64,000 nt of DNA from Utricularia gibba (taxonomy: Eukaryota > Plantae > Magnoliophyta), in assembly GCA_002189035.1 (NCBI GenBank), contig CM007989.1, positions 2,418,001-2,482,000 on the forward strand, in the 5' to 3' direction. Position numbers and translations under genes: made by a program. Shown here piece by piece: positions 14,889 to 26,176 of this stretch; position 1 is the first letter of the stretch, and each line of letters starts with the position of its first letter. The notes under the pieces were generated by a model. The model was given only the letters and a program-made list of their open reading frames with translations. It was not told where the DNA came from and ran no database searches.

Positions 14889-15092
14889 TCATGTGATTCT
14901 ACAGGAGTTGGCATTCTCAGGACTGAAAAAATCCTCGATCTTTGAGAGCGCATCGTTTCTCTCCTCCAGTAGCGTTGCTTCTATCTGGCGCGGCTGCGGC
15001 GCCGGGGCCGGGGCCGGTGCCGGCGAAGGCGGCGGTGCTGCCGGCTCTGCCTCCGCAGGCTTCTCCTTCTCAGATGGTTTGTCTTCGGACAT
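14889..15092 (-). CDS. 67-aa Pro/Glu-rich microprotein with HIPP-like C-terminus (FFSPENANSCRIT), copy 1
   Basis: GC-rich intronless ORF in AT-rich DNA; TATA-like TATTATAAAT about 45 nt upstream of the ATG; frame conserved with the two paralogues. Confidence 0.75.
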   Translation of the reverse strand: MSEDKPSEKEKPAEAEPAAPPPSPAPAPAPAPQPRQIEATLLEERNDALSKIEDFFSPENANSCRIT

Positions 15093-16110
15093 GTCTTGGT
15101 TGTGTTAGGGGCGTAATTGGCGTCCGGAAGCCCCCGAATTTATAATAATACGAAGGGGAAAAGGTGCATGTAATATGATGTGGTAAACATGAAAGGTATA
15201 TTATGAGGATGCAACATCTAGAAATAAATAATGGGGATTTTGTATCCCTAATTTTATTTATTAATTTGTCTTTTTATAACTTTTTTTTGGATTCTTTTCA
15301 GTTTTACTACTGCATTATCGAAAAATTAAAAAAAAGGTTATAAATATGTAATTTTATTTAATTTAATAAATCAAGTGGAAATTATCCTCTTAGAATCTGG
15401 GATCCATATCTAAATTCTACCCATTATTACATTTTCACCCGTTTCTTCTTTTGAGATCTCATGGAGCATCAATTCTATAGTTTTTGTTTTCTGTTCGATT
15501 TCATAAATAAAAGGATTCTTTTAATCTCATACAAAAGAAACATGTGTACTAACATTTGATATTAAAATAAAACTTGAGCACAAAACAATGGTGGGAAAAA
15601 GTGCAAATGAGGATATTGAATAATTAAATGAAAAAGAATATTATATAACATATTTTTCAGAAATTAAAAGGCATAAAATCGTAAAAATTGGATGTGTAAA
15701 ACGAATAAAATCATATAATAGTAATATTAATATATTTTTTTTCTTATTTGTTTGGTGTGTAGTTCTTCTTGAAACATCAATTTAGACTGAGGTTTTTATT
15801 TCTTTGTTTGCTTTTTTTTTTATTGGCACAAGATTATCTAAAATAACTTATTTCATATCAATAAGGTTGCAGATACTTTATTTAAAAAGTTTGATGTTCA
15901 CCATGAATTGTTTAACAAGACGGCAAGCAAATTATCTAAAAATCCCTAAATCCACATTTATTTCAATTCATGTATCAAATGTATCATATTTTAAATCTAA
16001 ATAAATTACGTCAATATAATAAATACAAATTACTTTTCAAATACTCAACCTATTTTATATATTCCATTTATATATGATCCATATACACACAAAGGTGACG
16101 GGAACGAGCA

Positions 16111-16329
16111 TCATGTGATCGTACAGCAGTTGGGATTTTCAGGATGCAACTTGTTCTCAATCTTTGATAACATATCGTCTCCATCCTCCCACATTGATGG
16201 CGGATACCGGCTCCGCTGCACTTCCGCCGCAGGCGCAGGCGCCGGCGCCGGCGCTGGCTTGTCCTCCTCCGCAGGCTTGTCCTCCTCCGCAGGCTTCTCG
16301 TTCTTAGGAGATGTTTTGGTTTCCGACAT
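16111..16329 (-). CDS. 72-aa Pro/Glu-rich microprotein with HIPP-like C-terminus (LHPENPNCCTIT), copy 2
   Basis: Same promoter and stop context as copy 1; length differences preserve the frame; ends in CaaX-like CTIT. Confidence 0.78.
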   Translation of the reverse strand: MSETKTSPKNEKPAEEDKPAEEDKPAPAPAPAPAAEVQRSRYPPSMWEDGDDMLSKIENKLHPENPNCCTIT

Positions 16330-17063
16330 ATCTTGGTACTGTTAGAAGTGCAATTGGCGTCCCTGAAGCCCCCCAATTTATAATAATACGAAAGGGAAAA
16401 GGTGCATGCAATATGATGCGGTAAACATGATATTATATTATGAGGATTTCATATTTTGCTAAAATTCCTAGCACTAAATAATGGGGATTTTGTATCCCAA
16501 ATTTTATTTATTAATCTGTCTTTTTATAATTTTTTCGATTCCTTTCAATTTTATTACTGCATTGTAGAAAAACAAAAAAAATTATAAATGTCTAATATTA
16601 TTTAATTTAATAAGCCAAGTGGAAATTATCCTTTTCGAATTCAGGATCCATGTATCTAAATTTTACCAGTTATTATATTTTTAACCGTATCATTTTCATT
16701 CTCGTTGAGATCTCAGGAAACATTAATTCTATGATTTTTTTTGTTAGATTTCGTAAATAAAAAGATCCTCTTAATCTTATATTATGTATTTTCATCAAGA
16801 GGAAGAAATATAAAATCATGATTGAATATTCAAAATGGTATCATACTAGAGTGTCGGACACGTACCAAACAAATAGTACATAACAGTATGTGTAAATTTA
16901 ATAAATTAATATTAAAACTATACAATTTATTAATATGTAACTTTTTTCTATATCCAAAAATACTTAATTAATCCTAATCGACTTTATCTCATCCTATAAA
17001 TAATATAATTTTGGAAAATTTTATTATATAATAATAATATTTATTATTATTATTAAAAATATG

Positions 17064-17083
17064 ATATATATATATATATATAT
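17064..17083. repeat. (AT)10 microsatellite
   Basis: Perfect AT run in the spacer between copies 2 and 3. Confidence 0.85.
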
Positions 17084-17705
17084 CCTATAATAGAATAATT
17101 TATACTTCGATGTATACCATATCCATATATTAATGTGTCTACATATAATATATTCATCAACTTACATATTATACAAAAGTCGATGGGACGTAACATTTAA
17201 TATTAAAACAAAACTCGAGCTCATGACAACAATGGAAGAAAGGCCACTTAGTGAGGATATTGAATAACATAAAACTGTAAAAAATGGATTTGTAAAACGG
17301 AAAATATCATATAATTATTACGTTAATCTTAATATTTTTCTTGTTATCTGTTCAATGTGTAGTCTTTCTTGAAACATCAATTTTAAAAACGTAGATTGAG
17401 GTTTTTATTTCTTTGTTCGCTTTTTTTTTTATTGGCACAAGATTGTCTAAAATAACTTATTTCATATCAATAAGGTCACAAATGCTTTATTGAAAAAGTT
17501 TGATGTTAGCCATGAATTGCTTCATAAGATGGCAATTAAATTATATAAAAATTCCTAAATCCACATTTATTGCAATTCATATATCAAATGTATCATATTT
17601 ATAATCTAAATAAATTACATCCATATAATAATTACAAATTACTTTTCAAATACTCAACATATTTATATATGATCCATGTACACCCAAAGGTGACAGGGAC
17701 GCGCA

Positions 17706-17876
17706 TCATGTGATCGTACAGCAGTGGGCTTTCTCAAACTTGTTATCAATCTTTGATACCATTTCATCTTCATCCCCCCACGGTGGTGGCGCGGGCTGGC
17801 GCGGCTCCTCAGCCGGCGCTGGCTTGTCCTTCTTCGCAGGCTTCTCCTTCTTTCGAGATGTTTTGGCTTCGGACAT
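17706..17876 (-). CDS. 56-aa microprotein, copy 3 (MSEAKTSRKKEKPAKKDKPAPAEEPRQPAPPPWGDEDEMVSKIDNKFEKAHCCTIT)
   Basis: Translated by hand (below the ORF-track size cutoff); homologous start, stop and TATA context. Confidence 0.72.
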   Translation of the reverse strand: MSEAKTSRKKEKPAKKDKPAPAEEPRQPAPPPWGDEDEMVSKIDNKFEKAHCCTIT

Positions 17877-18240
17877 ATCTTGGTACTTTTAGGGGTGCAA
17901 TTGGCGTCCCTGAAGCCCCGCCAAATTTATAATAATACGAAAGGGAAAAGTGTATGCGATATGATGTGGTAAACATGAAATTATATTATGAGGTTTCCCT
18001 ATTTTGCTACAATTTCTGGCACTAAATAATGGGGATTTTGTATCCCTAATTTTATTATTTAAATAATAAATCACTATATATTATTAATTTACCATTTATT
18101 TGCTCCTACATGGGCCTCATGCTGTCTTAACTGACGGAAAGCAGGCCCGTGAGGAAAATCTATCAGGCCCAGGTTGGAGAGAATGTTGGACGGCGCCGTT
18201 TTGATGACATATATATCTCCTTGGATCATGGGGATTAGGG

Positions 18241-18249
18241 TTAGGGTTT
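18241..18249 (-). promoter_or_regulatory. Telo-box (TTAGGGTTT on + strand) upstream of the OB-fold gene
   Basis: Exact motif about 60 bp upstream of ATG 18307, preceded by an extra TTAGGG. Confidence 0.45.
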
Positions 18250-18306
18250 CAACATCAAATCAGTTTTGGGCAATTACTGGCGTCGGAGTCTTCCCATTTT
18301 ACTCAC

Positions 18307-19113
18307 ATGGAATCCAAAGCACCGACGGCGACGACGTCTCAGCGAAACGGTGAGCCCGCCCCCACCAACAAGCGCAGCCTGCGGAAACCGGTTTTTGTGA
18401 AAGTCGAGAGCCTGAAACCAGGGACGAACGGGCATACGCTGGTGGTAATGGTGTTACAATCAAACGCAGTTTCGAGCAAGAAGCCTAGGTCCCAGAATTT
18501 CCGTGGATCTCAAAATCAAAACGCTAAAATTGCGGAGTGCCTCGTCGGTGATGAAACTGGAACCATCCTCTTCACCGCTCGAAACGAACAAGGTTTGAAA
18601 TTTTCATGCCCTATTTTTTAAATGTTTGTATGTTGGATTTATTTCTCACTTCGAATCAACTAATTGTCCATGCCTGGAAGGATTCCGAGGGAAAGTGGCT
18701 CTTTTGGATCCTTCCTTTTACTTTGCCCGAGGAAAAGAGTTTTTCATTTTAGTTTACCCTCGTAGCGTAGTGCTACAGCCTTTTTGTTCTTCAAACAAGT
18801 GTTCAATTCGCCCCTTGCACCCTGCTCCAACCCAAGTAGCAAAGAGATGCGTAGATGAGTATATCTATCTTGCCGATCATAAATCCCCTGGTTTGATGCT
18901 TAGAAGTACTCCATGTTTGCAGTTGACCTGATGAAGCCCGGAAGCACGGTGATACTCCGAAATGCAAAGATCGACATGTTCAAGGGGTCGATGAGGCTGG
19001 CTGTGGACAAATGGGGTCGCGTTGAGGTTGCAGAACCAGCGACCTTTGTTGTCAAGGAGGACAACAATCTATCATTGGTGGAGTATGAGTTAGTGAACGT
19101 TGAAGACTCTTGA
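18307..19113 (+). CDS. Small OB-fold nucleic-acid-binding protein (At4g28440-like), 2 exons
   Basis: LRKPVFVKVESLKPGTNGHTL...AECLVGDETGTILFTARNEQ / VDLMKPGSTVILRNAKIDMFKGSMRLAVDKWGRVEV; one GT-AG intron. Confidence 0.9.
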
Positions 19114-19542
19114 AGAGAGAAAGGAAGTTCATGGTATTGGGGTTTCAGTTGTGTTGTCTTTAGGGTTTTAACATGGTATACCACAAACTTTGTTCGGGTA
19201 TACATGTTTAAGATTGGCTGCTCGGTTGATGTATCGAATATCACTTTCAAGCATGCGTATTATTATGTTTATGGGGCACAGGCTCTTACAAACTCCTGAA
19301 TCCTAGCAGAAAACTGAGGCCCTGTTTGCAAGGCACTCCTCTACTGAAACCCAAGACAGGGGCATGTGATAAAGACAACAGGCAGAAACAACTGCTGATG
19401 CATTATAAGATACAATGAAATGACAAGATGAAGCCAGATTGTCACAATGATTATCCCAAGCATTAAATTGCTTGTGCTCGCAGAAAGAATGGGAAGTGAC
19501 TCTGAGACACAAAAGAACTCTGCTGGAACCACCCAAGAGTCT

Positions 19543-20247
19543 TCATAGATCATCAAGGGCATCTGATGAATACCAAACATTAGCGTGATGTTTGTCAAAG
19601 GTTATCCATCGCCAACTGTTGCTGAAAACAATGGAAAGGAAAATCTTCCACAAATTCCATCCCACAGAAGCTTGAAAAACAAACACCAAGGAAAGCCACA
19701 CGTTGAATTACTTGAACTACTGCATAAACCTCTCTAGTAGCATATTTGGCCTACAATGTCTATAGGGAACTATAACTTCTTCTACATGATGGTGCATCTC
19801 AATTATCCAGACACAAGAGAATTCGTCTTAAAGTAAGCCCCTTTCAGGTTAGATTTTAAATCAGCGAGAGAAAGAGGTTTACCTTGGATATGCCAAACAT
19901 GGCCACTAGGGGCGCGTGAGAGCAAAGAGGTAAGCACGGCGGAGGCGGCAGCACTGTGGTATGGCAATAGAGAGACGGCGCAGACTCTACTCATCTCCAC
20001 TGGTGACCTAATTTGAGGCAGCGCCACAATACGATGAAATGTAAAGAAATCAGCCGTATTATTTATCACTAGTATCGAATTCTCAGCACTAAAACCTGGA
20101 AATGCGCGTCCGCAGCGGATTTCGAGAGGCGATGCCAAGTGGAGAGGGAGCGGCTCTCGGCTTTAAGCCAGACGAAATCGTTGTTGCGGCGCCGCGACAA
20201 GAAGATCCAGCAGAGCGAATGAGCGTTCTCGCGGCGACGGCGGCCAT
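19543..20247 (-). CDS. NFD6: NUCLEAR FUSION DEFECTIVE 6-like small organellar protein
   Basis: Exon 1 20247-20096 is an Ala/Ser/Arg-rich presequence; exon 2 20007-19883 encodes SPVEMS...LLPYHSAAASAVLTSLLS; short terminal exon at 19750-19734 or 19562-19543. Confidence 0.8.
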
Positions 20248-20849
20248 GACGGGCGACCGGCAATCGGCTACAGACAAAAGGGCTTTGCGTGGGTTTGGAT
20301 GCTCTCATGCTCCACTGCAGTTCCCTTATTCCAGGTTTGACGTAGAGGCGAGTGCGAGCTGGCCCAGCTCCCATAGAAACAGGCCAAGACCGAAGGGAGC
20401 GGCTCAGCCCAGACAGGCGCCGTAGACAAGATAGAGCCTTTTTTTTTTGTGATTTAAGATAAGTTTGGTATAATTTCAAAAAAAAATTCTAAAAAAACAA
20501 TTCAATTTTTATTAAAGTTGAAAGATGCAATTGGGTTCTGTCGAAATTACCAAAAGCCCACTCCAGTTCTAGTCGAGCATGCGAAATTATTCTGTGATAA
20601 ATGTAATTTCACAAAGACTCTTAACAGACAAACACTTGGGAGTCCTTGCGATGTCCAGAACAAGAGCAGCATGATAGCAGCCATGGTCAAAAATCACATT
20701 GTAAAAAGAACCAGATGAGAGCATCATTACATTGTAAAAGGCTCTCTTTTTGTCTGACATACATACATGCACGTATAGTATATATATATGATGATGAAGA
20801 TGATGATGATGACACAATGAAGGCAGATGATGATGCATTCTCCCACTTG

Positions 20850-23002
20850 TTATGCGGATTTCAGTTTCTGCAAAGGAGAATCTCAATACTGTTAGAGCCT
20901 CCATCAGGGCTGAGGAAAGCTGGAAGGGTCAATGGAGAAGAGAGCTTACCCGTTTCTCTTCCTCTATCTTGGCCTTGATCACTGAGTACATCGCCACTCC
21001 TGCTATGGCAATGCATGTCCCGATTCCAGTTTGCAGAGAAATCTTGTTACCGAAGACGATGATGGAGAATCCTATGACAAACACACGCTTCAGCACGTTC
21101 CCAACAGCGTGAGTTAGTGGAGCTACCCTCTCCAGTGTGTTGGTGGCGAGCTGAGGCAGAGATGTTTTTCAGAATGAGTGAAGTTGCAGGTATGGGATGT
21201 GGCTTGTCAGGCCATGGTGTACTGACCTGGTTGTAGAGATGGTAAAACAGACCAACCCACAGGAGATCAGTGACGAACTTGGTCAAGCCAACCTTGGCAA
21301 TCGCATCACTGAAGCCGTGTTTCAAGAGTTGAGGCCCTTCAACCTGTATCGTAGTGTTCAGATATCATCAAGCAACGAAACCAGGTAATGTAAACCAGAA
21401 GGATTATGTTTGCTGGAAAGAGACTCACAATAACGGCTGGAGGAATGCAGACAATAAGGGCAATAATTGAAATGTATGCATACAAGTTAGTGCTATCCAA
21501 GTCAGTCTGCAAGAATAAGCAGATGATGAGCGAAATGATTTGAAAAAAAAAGGATCCAGTAAATAAGATAGGAACAAACCATGGCTTTCTTGGAGTATAT
21601 GCTCCTGTAAGTGAAGGAGATATTGGAAATCATGGCACTGATGAAGCCAGTCCAGTTAAACGACAGTTCAGTCAATGAAGCCATCGAAACACCTGCAATT
21701 ATCTCAAAGCTTCAAAAAATGAAAAAGGGTCTGACGCTACTTCAAGATCATTACACACACTGAGCTGAGTTACTCAAGTTTCTACAGTTGTTGTGGAACA
21801 CAAAAATGTATGCTTGAGAGAACTTTCCTTCGAAATTTAAACAGAAAACAACATATTCTTGCTAGCATCTATCTTGCCTTCAGTAGATATGATTCAGTGG
21901 GTATTAGAGAAAGGCTTACCGATAACGACAGGGGCGAGTGAAAGCCATAACGTGAATGGAATCTGCTGCCCAAGGACAAACTGAGAAGCCGCAGCATTGA
22001 AGAAAGGCTCCAACGCTGAATCCACAAAAAGAAGTCAGATGTTAAACAACTACCCCTAAAGAAAACGAGAAAAATCCTGAGATCCTGAACCTTTGATGGT
22101 GTGAGTGAAAGAAACAGCAACTGCAGCAAAAGAGACATTGCTGGTTATATGGCCGATAGCATGACAAACAGCAACTGGGATCAAAAGCTTTAACAGGTTT
22201 GAATCGATTGGCTGCAGTTAAAAATCAGAGAACAAAAATTCAAATAAACACTTGATCCACAAAAAAAAAAAACGCTTAAATAAAGAGAACACTCACAGCT
22301 CGTTTTGGGAGGCCAACTGCCCAAGAAATCAGACAGTACACAACTCCCACAAACAAGTGAATAGCAGACACAAAGCTGCAAACATCAGTAGCAAAATTAA
22401 TCAATCGCAAAAGCAAACCATTTTTGTATTAAATGATAAGCGGGCTCTTACTAAGGATAAGGGAAGTAATTGTAGATCTTCTTGTTGATAATGTTGAAGA
22501 TGACGTTAAGAAAATACCTGGAAGCAGTAAGAAAGTAAATTTTTCATTCCAAAAAAAAAAGCCATTTGGAGTAAAAGAGCAACGAAACATACCACATGAA
22601 GAAGAAGAATCCGGTTACAAGAGCCGGGTATTTCTCCAAAAACCCAACTTTCGCGCTGCAAAGAAACAACTCCGCCTTAGGTAAAAACCGAAAAGCTCGA
22701 AACGGATCGGGGCGTAAGAAACGGACCTCACCCGGAAGAATCGCTGCCTTCGGCAGGGGAGGAAGCCGCGGCGAAGCAAGTGGTAATCTTTCTGTTGCTA
22801 ACATCTGAGGGAGCGACGGCGATAGACTTGGGAGCCCCCAGCAGGACTGCCGGTGGTTTCAGCTGGCACCGCATTGCCAAATGCCCATTACCCTCGACTT
22901 CCGCATTGCGCGATAACGCGGCTAATCTGAAGACCCCGCCGCCGGCTTGGGAGGAAGCGCGATGCCGCGGGTGGTGGCGCCGGAGAGCATGCGTGACTCC
23001 AT
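20850..23002 (-). CDS. TPT: Plastid triose phosphate/phosphate translocator; exon 1 carries an apparent 1-nt frameshift
   Basis: [10 protein letters not shown] start; [91 protein letters not shown]; terminal KLKSA* at 20850. Confidence 0.9.
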
Positions 23003-24139
23003 TTCGACGAGTAGAGAGTTGGGGCTGTGGATGGAGCAGAGAATAGTGAAACCCCCGAGACGTTATCCTCAGGATCCACTCCGCATCCTTAATCCTAATC
23101 CATTTCCTATCCCCAGAAGAAATGAGAGGCTGGTATTCGCCATAGCTGGATTTGGGCGCTATCTTCTCCCACTAAAGAGGTCACCATTTTCCATACAACA
23201 AATTTTATTTTTAGAATTAATCAATTTGCTTTTATTAATTTATATATTGATTTTCAACATAAAAATAATATATTTTTATTTCATCAAAAAATTTAAAATG
23301 GATAGTAATTCCAAAAATAGCGTATCATAGATTACTTTATTAGGAGTGAGCCCACCATACATAATTAGGGGGCTTCTAATTACCCTATAATTGCATGCTT
23401 AAAATAGAATGTTAATATGAATATGGCATGACGCAACACTGAGGCCATTTGATATTTTTTAATGTAATTTATGTAGGCACACATCATATGATTAAAATTA
23501 AAAATATATTTTATATATACATTCTATAAATATGTATTTAAAATAATACTATATTTAGTACACGTATTTAAATAAATGAGAAAAATAAACCAATAGGAGT
23601 ATTTCATAAATCAAAATAACACATTTAGCTTTTATGGAAACATGTACTTAGAGACATAAACAAGACTAATTACTTAACAAAATAAAATATGGGCAAGCAA
23701 TATTGGATTCTACTTATAATACTTTCTCCTAGAAAATGGGATGCATGCCATCATTGATTTTACACATATTTTGGTAAAAAAAATAGCATGGATTGTACGG
23801 AAAAAGGGAGACATGGAAGAGCAAACTCAATTGTGCGTTAGTGGCATCATGTCTTGCCTAATAACATATTTAATGATTTTTTGAAATGATGACATATATT
23901 TTTTTATTGAGTTTATATGAGAAAACAGAATTTTACGAAAGTAATTTTCGTAATATAGAGTTTACTCAAATTAATTATTTATATAAAAATAAAAGTGATT
24001 TTTAGAAAATCATGTCATTATTTATGTAAATGACTAAAGATGATCTAATACAAATATACTCTAACACAAAGATGAAAATAAAATTACACGGAGTCAAACT
24101 TCATACAACGCATCTTCAGATCAAGGGGTAGCCATAACG

Positions 24140-24499
24140 TCACAGCCACAAAGCTCTGGCTTTCCTCAAACTGGACACCAACTCACCGGAGATGTGTGCA
24201 CGCACGAGATCCTCCAACCCTCCGAACAGTTCGCCGCCGACGAACAGCACCGGTAGGAGTGACGCCGCCACCGGCCTCTCACCCACGATCCTCGTCAGCT
24301 CCGATTCCACATCGCCCTCATTCTTGTCGTCCACGTCGAACAAGGCCGGGTTGACGCCGTGGCAATTGAGAAGCAGCTTCACCACGTAGCACAAGCAGCA
24401 GCCCCGCCTCGCGAACACGACGACGGCATTGTCCGCCACCGCCGTCTCCACGGTGGACTTGGCCGGAAAGGGATCACCCAGAAGCGCTTGATGATGCAT
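24140..24499 (-). CDS. CC-type glutaredoxin (ROXY family, GRXC9/GRX480-like), intronless
   Basis: CCLC active site in VVVFARRGCCLCYVV, LPVLFVGGELFGG, and a C-terminal ALWL motif; likely start 24499, but the ORF is open from ATG 24625. Confidence 0.9.
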   Translation of the reverse strand: MHHQALLGDPFPAKSTVETAVADNAVVVFARRGCCLCYVVKLLLNCHGVNPALFDVDDKNEGDVESELTRIVGERPVAASLLPVLFVGGELFGGLEDLVRAHISGELVSSLRKARALWL

Positions 24500-24689
24500 G
24501 GAAACAAATTGTGATGATGATGTAGCGGTGAGGAGATGGGGAACCCTCCCTCCTTGTTCGTTAAAAAGGATGGTGTCGTCAGCGGCGTGGGGTAATACGT
24601 CACCGGCTGCTGCCGGCAATGGCATTTATTGTAATAATAAAATATGGGTGGATGATTGAAGAAGATACCAAATTGCAAATTGCAATTGT

Positions 24690-24712
24690 CACGTGGGTGC
24701 CCCCCAGCACGT
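24690..24712. promoter_or_regulatory. Two G-boxes (CACGTG) upstream of the glutaredoxin
   Basis: CACGTG at 24690-24695 and 24707-24712. Confidence 0.5.
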
Positions 24713-25288
24713 GGCTCTGGGTAAATACAACATTGGCCCCATAATTTATATTTTATTATATTTCGTCACTGTCGAAAATATGAAATGTTTTTAAATTCAT
24801 GTGGGACAAGTTTACCCCTGGTGAAAAGTGAAAACACTGAGTAGGAGTAGGGGCAGCAGTGACTTCAAATTTTGATTGGGCTGAACCGGTGGACCGGTGT
24901 GACTGGTCCGAATACCTGCCACGTAACTAAGTTTTTTTTTAAATATTATTAAAATGGAATCTTGTAATTGTTAATAAAATAAATCGGTAATTCATTATTT
25001 TTTTAAAAAAATATTTTATTATAAAAAATCATATTTATTAAATTATAATATAATTATAATAAAAATATGATTAAATCCCGATATTTAAAACAAAAACGAG
25101 ATGAGGCACAGTGAATGAAAGGGCACGCAGGAACGTTGTCAAACACCTGGCGTGCATAAGTATGAAGGAGAAGATGGGTTCTTGGGCTGGGAAGCTCATG
25201 TTGGTTCTGTTTGAAATTAAAGCACTGACGGAAGGGCAACCCAGAAACATTATGACTTGAATGAGGTTGATGATGATATTCGGGTCAC

Positions 25289-25499
25289 CTCTGTTGGCCA
25301 GCGGTATCCCAAATCTGGGCTTTGATTACCTTGTCGTCGACTTCGATGGAACGCTCGCGAGGTCAACCCCGATGATGGATTTGGAATTGGAGCTGAACTC
25401 GTTCTTGGTGAACCGCGACAAGGGATTTGATTCCCTCACCCCGGAGTCGCCGATTCAATAGAGATAATCGTAATCCTCATCCGCCCTGTAAACTCCCAT
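25289..25499 (-). pseudogene. RabA (Rab11-like) GTPase pseudogene, exon 1 only
   Basis: [35 protein letters not shown]...; after a frameshift [18 protein letters not shown] and a GT donor at 25288; TGA at 25457-25455, KVVL lost, degraded P-loop, no exon 2 found. Confidence 0.85.
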
Positions 25500-26176
25500 G
25501 AGATGATCAGGATGCTTCTCACTCTACCAACCTCTTGCATCAGTTTGAGTTTTTTGGTGGTGCCAGTCTCGCTGGACGCAACCCCACTACATGTAATACC
25601 ACATGTGGATTGGTAATTTGAGTGTACGATGATACATCATCACTGCTGGCGATGAAGTACATGAAACATGTCTCGGTGGAGCTTGGTGGTGGTGGGGCTG
25701 AGGAAGACCTCACTTTTCAAGAAGTCATTAGAAATAGAAGCTATCTTGGGTCCGGTTTACTATTAAAATTTACCTATAGTTCGATGTTTACTTCATGATT
25801 TTACAGTTGAGTCTGCCAATCATCTGTTGAATTGCCCACCTGTTTATGGCTTGATCAGGTTTCATGATGGGATATTATTAGCCGTAGTGGTGGATAGAAT
25901 TATGTGTGTTTATTTGATGATGGGTGGTTGATATTTACAGTTTGCTGGTGATTTCAGGTGTTGAAGAACAGAGCACAGCTGCATTTGTATGCAAACTACA
26001 GCCTCAGGATCCGCGCCATTATGGGCAGCGAGGAACACAGAGAGCTCGGTAATAACGTCTCGTTTTGAATGGCAATTGTGATTTCATACAACAAAGAAAG
26101 AAATCATGGAGAGTGTGATCCAGATAGCTTTTTACTCATTGCTCTGTACATACATCAACATCTCTGTAGCTTTTAT

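Larger units (their letters stand above)
14690..18060. repeat. Three-copy tandem duplication (spacing about 1.24 and 1.55 kb), each copy carrying a microprotein gene and its promoter
   Basis: Homologous flanks recur, e.g. aataatggggattttgtatccc at about 15227, 16477 and 18026; caaaggtgac...gcatcatgtgat at about 14870, 16090 and 17685; 15550-16100 is similar to 17190-17700. Confidence 0.92.

Noticed and set aside
14893-17892. Plus-strand ORFs (MILQELAF…, MIVQQLGF…, MIVQQWAF…) conserved across the three tandem copies
   Set aside because: Antisense shadows: the TATA box, start context and HIPP-like tail all support the minus strand
18235-18249. (TTAGGG)2 resembling a vertebrate-type telomere repeat
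   Set aside because: Only two units, in a promoter position; explained as a telo-box
22927-22997. A 71-nt GT-AG 'intron' that would repair the TPT frame
   Set aside because: GC-rich, weak donor, and it would delete the conserved MESRxLSGAT N-terminus; a 1-nt indel is more parsimonious
25575-25620. Short palindromes (CCACATGTGG) suggesting a miRNA hairpin
   Set aside because: No extended fold-back and no match to conserved miRNA sequences that I recognise
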